Below, piece by piece: positions 58,983 through 64,000 of a DNA stretch of 64,000 bases. The DNA is from Vitrella brassicaformis CCMP3155 (taxonomy: Eukaryota; Protista; Chromerida). The translations under genes and the position numbers were made by a program. Position 1 is the stretch's first letter. Each line of letters starts with the position of its first letter. Below the pieces are notes generated by a model. The model was given only the letters and a program-made list of their open reading frames with translations, made no database searches and was not told the origin of the DNA. The stretch is from positions 5,067 through 69,066 of the forward strand of contig CDMY01000478.1 of NCBI GenBank assembly GCA_001179505.1, in the 5' to 3' direction.

Positions 58983-59364
58983 CTAGGCGTGTGTGAGAGG
59001 GTGGCTTATAAGGTGGGGAGGTGCTGACCCACGAAATCATGTGATGCGTCAGAATCTTCTCCTTTCGTCTCCTGCTGCAGTCTAGTCTGGATGGCTTGAC
59101 TGTGTGCTATGATTTCTGTCTTCTGTGAATAGTCGGCGTGTGGCTGTGATTTGCTCGATGTCATCGCTGTGGTTTGTCGTCACTCAACGGCCCACCACAG
59201 CTCGGGCCTTTGGTGACGGTGGTGGTGCAGCGAGAGATAATATCGATACCACCGTCGGATGTCATGGTGCTTTTCTCATGGATGGGCGACTGGCTGGCTG
59301 GCTCTTTTCTGAACAATGCGTAGAAAGGTCTCACATACAACCAACCCACTGACATGCGTCTACT

Positions 59365-60326
59365 ATGTCCATCAGTCGAACCAAACAAACGTCCACTGCA
59401 GACAGACAGCACATCCACTGCATCCACCGCAACAATGGCCACCTGAAGGCACAAACACACAACAGACGGATGACCAGCCAGCCAGGAGCAGCCCAGTTCT
59501 CTGTGTGCGAGTGTGTCGGTCACCCACCCATGGAAACTGCCATCTAGAAGTATACAGGCCCAAAGGGAAAGCCGAGGGGGAGGCCGACGAATCGGGGCCG
59601 CTCGCTACCTAAAGGCGTGGCGCACACATCCATGCTGCACAGCCGTGGGCGGGTCAGCAAGCGATGCACTCCTCCCTCCCTCCATCCCGCTCTGGCTGCC
59701 TTGCTCCTCCATCGCTCACTCACTCACTCGGCGGCCGTTGGACGATAAGGCGAATGGGCTCGAAGGAGCTGTCGCCCTTGCCGGCGAACCCCTCACTGAC
59801 GGGCAGGCCAACGTCGACGGTGCGCTCCTCGAGGGTGTGGACTGCAACGCCCATGTAGCTCACCGGGTAAAAGGGGTGCTTCTTGACCATATCCGTGACG
59901 AAGATATAGGCGGGTGTCCCGGCTGTGACACGGATGGGAAATGGTCCTCTGCTGATGCTGCCGCCCTCCACCAGCTCCACCCATTTCTCGAGCACCTGTC
60001 GTGAGCTGCGAGGGCTGGCCGTCGGAGCGTTGGGGAAGGCACTGAGGGCCTTGTGAGTGGCGAAGGGGCGGCGGGGGACAGAGGCGAGTGGGAGCGGCCG
60101 CGACGCAGTGAAGGGGGCGGGGCCGATGAACAATGGTGGATCAGCAGACGGCTGCACACACACACACAGAGATTCATGTCGGTGTGTGTGCACTCTGCCT
60201 GTTTGTGTGCGGCCGGCGCTTCCGACAAACTGACCTGTGTGCTGGTTTGCAGGCATCCACACGTGAGCCAAACAGGAGGGCCAAGAAGCAGCGGCAGCTC
60301 AGCAGGGAACCCATCGAGAAAGATCT
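59365..60326. repeat. Right arm of the ~0.9 kb inverted repeat pair (partner 17507-18400)
   Basis: Reverse complement of 17507-18400. Confidence 0.92.
59609..60314 (-). pseudogene. Signal-peptide + Crinkler-type ubiquitin-like header gene (copy 2; header complete, 1-nt frame break in exon 1)
   Basis: Exon 1 starts MGSLLSCRCFLALLFGS. Exon 2 frame: PSADPPLFIGPAP...VLEKWVELVEGGSISRGPFPIRVTAGTPAYIFVTDMVKKHPFYPVSYMGVAVHTLEERTVDVGLPVSEGFAGKGDSSFEPIRLIVQRPP|gtgagt. The next exon reaches a stop after ~8 codons. Confidence 0.6.
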
Positions 60327-60513
60327 CTACGTGATTTCGCTGGCATCGCTGCCCTGCCCGTCGATGAACAGAATAAGCTCGTCGTAGATAGCAGATCTCA
60401 ACCCCATACCGCTGACTCCCTTCACTGTCGCTGGGTGTACGGTGTTGGGTTTTGTGGGTCTAGGGTTTCACTTTGGCGAGCTTGCAGAGATCTGAGCCCT
60501 TCTGGCGTAGCTC

Positions 60514-62844
60514 ATGGCGTTCGGGCTGTTGGTCGGCGAGGCCTTGGTGGCGGGAGGCATCCTCGCGGCCTCGTTTGTGCCAGAGAAGACGTGGCGGAGG
60601 CTGAAGGAGAGGCTGGGCCTCTTGTGGCGGGGTATGCGCTCACTCACGTTCGTCCACAGGGCAGGGCGTGGCCGCATGTGTCCTCGCTTGCTTGTACGGA
60701 CCTATGTATGTGTGATTGTTTGATGCCCCCCCCCCCCATTCAGGCCTGCCCGAGAAGGTGGACAAGGAGGTCCAGTGCCCTGACGTCGCACGACGTCATT
60801 CCTTCCCATCGTCTCGGGGGAGCCCCGCTGGACAGGTCGGGGCGGCTCCGGCGGCGATGCAAGACGGAAACACCCAGACAGGTGGGCGAGCGAGTGGGTG
60901 GTATTCTCAAGCCGAGTGAACACACGGACTCCCACATGTGGTTGGTGTCCATGTGTGTGTGCTTTATAATACAGAGGGAGATGCCGTCGTGTCTGGCCAC
61001 CAAGGAGTGTCAGCCGCCGATAAGAAGAAGCGGGTCGCGCACCTCATGATTCAAAGGCTGAGGCAGGTCAGTCCGTGGTTGCACCCATGAAAAATACAGT
61101 TACCGAATAAATGCGGAGTATCTGTGTGGCTGCCTTTCTCTGCCTGTGTCAGGAGGTGCGAGACGTCAGCAATTCTGTCGGTGTGTCGCGTCCCCGGCCA
61201 TCCCCAGCCCCTGAGCACCAGGAGCAACACCCGGAGAGTTGCGGACCCCTCAGCCCAGCAGGTGAGCCACCGACCGAGACTTAAACCCAATCATTGTTAT
61301 GCTGGTGGCATCCATGTGTTGCTGCAGGCTCAGACACCAGCAGTGATCAAGGGCCTTTGGCTCTCGTACAACCCCCGCCCACTCGGCCTCTCGCCACCAC
61401 ACTCTCATCAGCGTTTCGCGGCAAGTTTGCTGCTACCGCGGGTCCCCCTGCACTCATGTCGCCCCTGCGCGGCGGCGTCACGCCTACCGGCCATCGTGCT
61501 GCTCACATGGAGACGGCGCACCAGCGGCAAGCCCAGCCGAAGATCCTACGTCCAACACGAGCAGCGGCGGCTGGCAGTGGAGATTCTGGGACGTCTGTGT
61601 TGCCGCTGCGACGGGGGTGGGATGCAGGGGGGATGAGGACACCCAGCAGTGGGGGGAGTGAGCATGGCACGTATCTGCCGCCACCACTGATCCCAGCGGA
61701 AAAGATGATGCCGAGTGGCCACAGTGCTGATCCCTACAGCAAGCTTCACGTCCAGCCGGAGATGGCGGCAGCCGCGGCGGCCAGCAGTGGGGACACGTTC
61801 AGGCCCTCCTTCGCGCCAAGACGTGGGTGGGACGGAGGGGGGCTGAGGACGCCCAGCAGCGGGGGTGCATCCGAGTTTGAGGCCGATGATGGAGGTAGGT
61901 AGGATGGATACACAATGAGGGGGCGGGGAGGGGTACGTACATACCGCTTCTCTTCTCGTTTGTGTGTGTATGCTGGCAGGCACGCGTGGTGGTGCGGCTG
62001 GGGCTGACAGCCTCGGGCTGGGGGTTGGTGGGCTGCCACCCTGGATTCATCCACAGCAGTATCGCCCACCGCAGCCCTTCCTCGGCCGCATCGTCCACCG
62101 CGGTGTCAGCTCAGGCTTCGACTTACAGCGAGTGTTTTTCGGACATCCTCCCAGGACCACCAGCAGCAGGAAGAGTGGCGGCGGGGGCAACGAGCCGACT
62201 CTCGCCAGTCAGCCTGAGGAGTATGCAGCAGCGGCCGCGAGTGGGGCGGGAAGGCGATTCCGCATCGACAGCGGTGAGTGAGTCACTCGTGAAGAAAGAT
62301 GGGAGGTATGAATGTACATTGATTGTGTGTTGTGTCGTGTTGTGTGTGGCGCCTCAGGTGAGGGTCGTCAACACAGCAGCAGCAGCGGTCAAGGCAGCGT
62401 GCTCGGCAGCCACGAGCTGAGCTCTCGTGAGAGCGGGCCACAGCCAAGTCGGGGGCCCTTACGATCTCCACTGGGCGTCCAGCTGATCGATGACGACGGA
62501 GACAGTCACAGCGGTGAGTGAGTCACTCAGCCACAACGGGGTCAGTCAGATGGGGGGAGAGAGATGCCGCCAGTCGCAGGTCATGGTATGACACTTCAGG
62601 CGGCCCCACCGTGTCTGATGACGACAGCGATGGCGGAGAGGTCATGATATGGAAGAGGCCAGAGGTTGACGCCAGACATTCGGAGCGGCAGCAGCAGGAG
62701 GAAAGCGATGACAGCAACACGAGCGTCATCCCGCAGGCCAGCCAGCAGCAGCAGACAGTTGGTGTGGGAACGGCCGTGGGGCAAGCTGGGGATGATGCGA
62801 GGGTGCGACGTGAGAGGGTTGTCCCAAGAAGGGGGTCCGGGTGA
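60514..62844 (+). CDS. Multi-exon low-complexity hypothetical protein with an N-terminal hydrophobic segment
   Basis: MAFGLLVGEALVAGGILAASFVPEKTWRRLKERLGLLWR|GLPEKVDKEVQCPD..|EGDAVVSG..KKRVAHLMIQRLRQ|EVRDVS... Internal repeat RRGWD(A/G)GG(M/L)RTPSSGG occurs twice. 3' end approximate. Confidence 0.6.
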
Positions 62845-63413
62845 GGGAGGGAGGGATGGGGAGCTTCGCTGATTCTCAAGAAAGAGACTTTCCTTTGGGG
62901 GTTGGTGGGATCAGTGCTGGCTGTGACTTGCTGCTGGACTGTGGTGCTGTGTATGTCCTATTTTCAGCTGACCTAAGTGAGTGCAGTGGTGTTAGCATGT
63001 GACCTGACTGTTGCTGAGGAAGAACATTGGGCGCAGTGAGGGCTACATGGACGCTGTGCATGCACCTGTCTCTTATAAGGAGCGGGTGTGTGCGACGGGT
63101 GGGTGTCTGGCTGCGATTGAGACATTGCTTGCAAGGGATGGGGGACTGAGGACTTGATGGTATGTGGGATAGACATGTCAGGTGCCTGTACGTACGTTGG
63201 TTCAGTAAGGCTGGCTACTGGAATCCCATGGATTTGTCCCGTCTCAGTCAAAAATCCGCATGAGATGACACCCACACCTGTCCTGTCAAAAAACTTAAAA
63301 CACCTGACTCATACCACTTAACACACTTAACAACGCTACGGCAACCTACTCGCATGTGTGCACTCTCTTGCGTACGCCACGCTCCCATCTACTTGCTCTC
63401 TGGTCGTTGATTC

Positions 63414-63936
63414 TCACGAGGCAGCAGTGGTGAGTTCCCTCTGTTCCTTCTCCTCTTGTGTGCCTTGCAGCGGGATCCAGTCGACGGGCTTCTTGAGGAC
63501 GGCGAGGGTCCTGCCCTCCCACGAGTCATCCGCCGGGATGTGCTGATACTCCCAACGAGCCGTCAGCGGCAGCGACATCAAGATCGACTCTATCCCTGCA
63601 CACACACACAAAGGTGCCTTCCTTGCCGTGTGTGTATCATGACGCTGACTTGAGTTGGGAGTCTGCAGGCCGAACTTGGTGCCTCTGTCGAAGAGGAGGT
63701 TGAACTCCACATACCGCCCCCGCCTCAGCTGCTGCCAGGCCTTCTGTTCGTCCGTGTAGGGGTCGTCCTTGTGCCTCTCAACCAGCGGCACATAGCCGTC
63801 GACGAAGCAGCGCAGGGCGTCACGGGCGAAGGCCAAGCTCTTCTCGGGGTCGCCGCTCTCGTTGAGGTCATCGAAGAATATCCCCCCCACCCCGCGAGTC
63901 TCGCCGCGGTGCTGCAGCAGGAAATACTCGTCGCAC
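63414..63936 (-). CDS. hemF: Oxygen-dependent coproporphyrinogen III oxidase, last two exons (63650-63936, 63414-63595); continues beyond the right edge
   Basis: [55 protein letters not shown]|[19 protein letters not shown], the canonical HemF/CPOX C-terminal signatures. Confidence 0.97.
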
Positions 63937-64000
63937 CTGCACATGAAGGAATGATACCACTGGTAGTCTGTTCTGCCTGTGATGGTGTGTCAGCAGCGCC

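Noticed and set aside
17507-60326. Inverted arms as TIRs of a single 43-kb DNA transposon
   Set aside because: I found no transposase or target-site duplication. The arms are spliced gene copies, and the interior holds ordinary housekeeping genes. The pair is kept only as an inverted duplication.
1-64000. (CA)n/(TG)n, (CAGA)n, (GGAT)n and (GA)n tracts, and the many short Cys/Val/His/Thr-rich ORFs they create
   Set aside because: These are intronic or intergenic microsatellites and the ORFs are translation artefacts. Only their positional polarity within introns is reported.
1-64000. rRNA, tRNA or snRNA genes
   Set aside because: No recognisable conserved RNA-gene sequence by eye. tRNAscan-SE and Infernal would be needed to exclude them formally.

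Overview
GC-rich, intron-dense eukaryotic genomic DNA. Short GT-AG introns are full of CA/TG, CAGA and GGAT microsatellites. This style and a lineage-specific gene family point to a chromerid alveolate such as Vitrella brassicaformis (inference; no search run). Recognisable intact genes: an RlmI-like rRNA m5C methyltransferase, rpl34, a 6-TM voltage-gated K+ channel, an EGLN/PHD-like 2OG-Fe(II) prolyl hydroxylase, and the 3' part of hemF. The accessory content is more notable. (i) A two-exon gene at 47963-49198 has a Crinkler-type ubiquitin-like header followed by a PD-(D/E)xK restriction-endonuclease-fold domain. Two decayed header-only relatives form a ~0.9 kb inverted repeat pair about 41 kb apart. 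(ii) A frameshift-riddled internal fragment of CNOT1/Not1 is joined to the tail of an atypical protein kinase gene. (iii) A very large Q-rich protein carries a putative otubain-like OTU domain and a RING-like Cys cluster, and its last exons contain in-frame stops. (iv) There are three members of a lineage-specific F-box-like/LRR-like family, a J-domain pseudogene and other decayed genes. There is one 300-N assembly gap. I saw no rRNA, tRNA, CRISPR array or transposase. Exon boundaries were read by eye, and gene ends are approximate where stated. All domain calls are by motif recognition, not database search.
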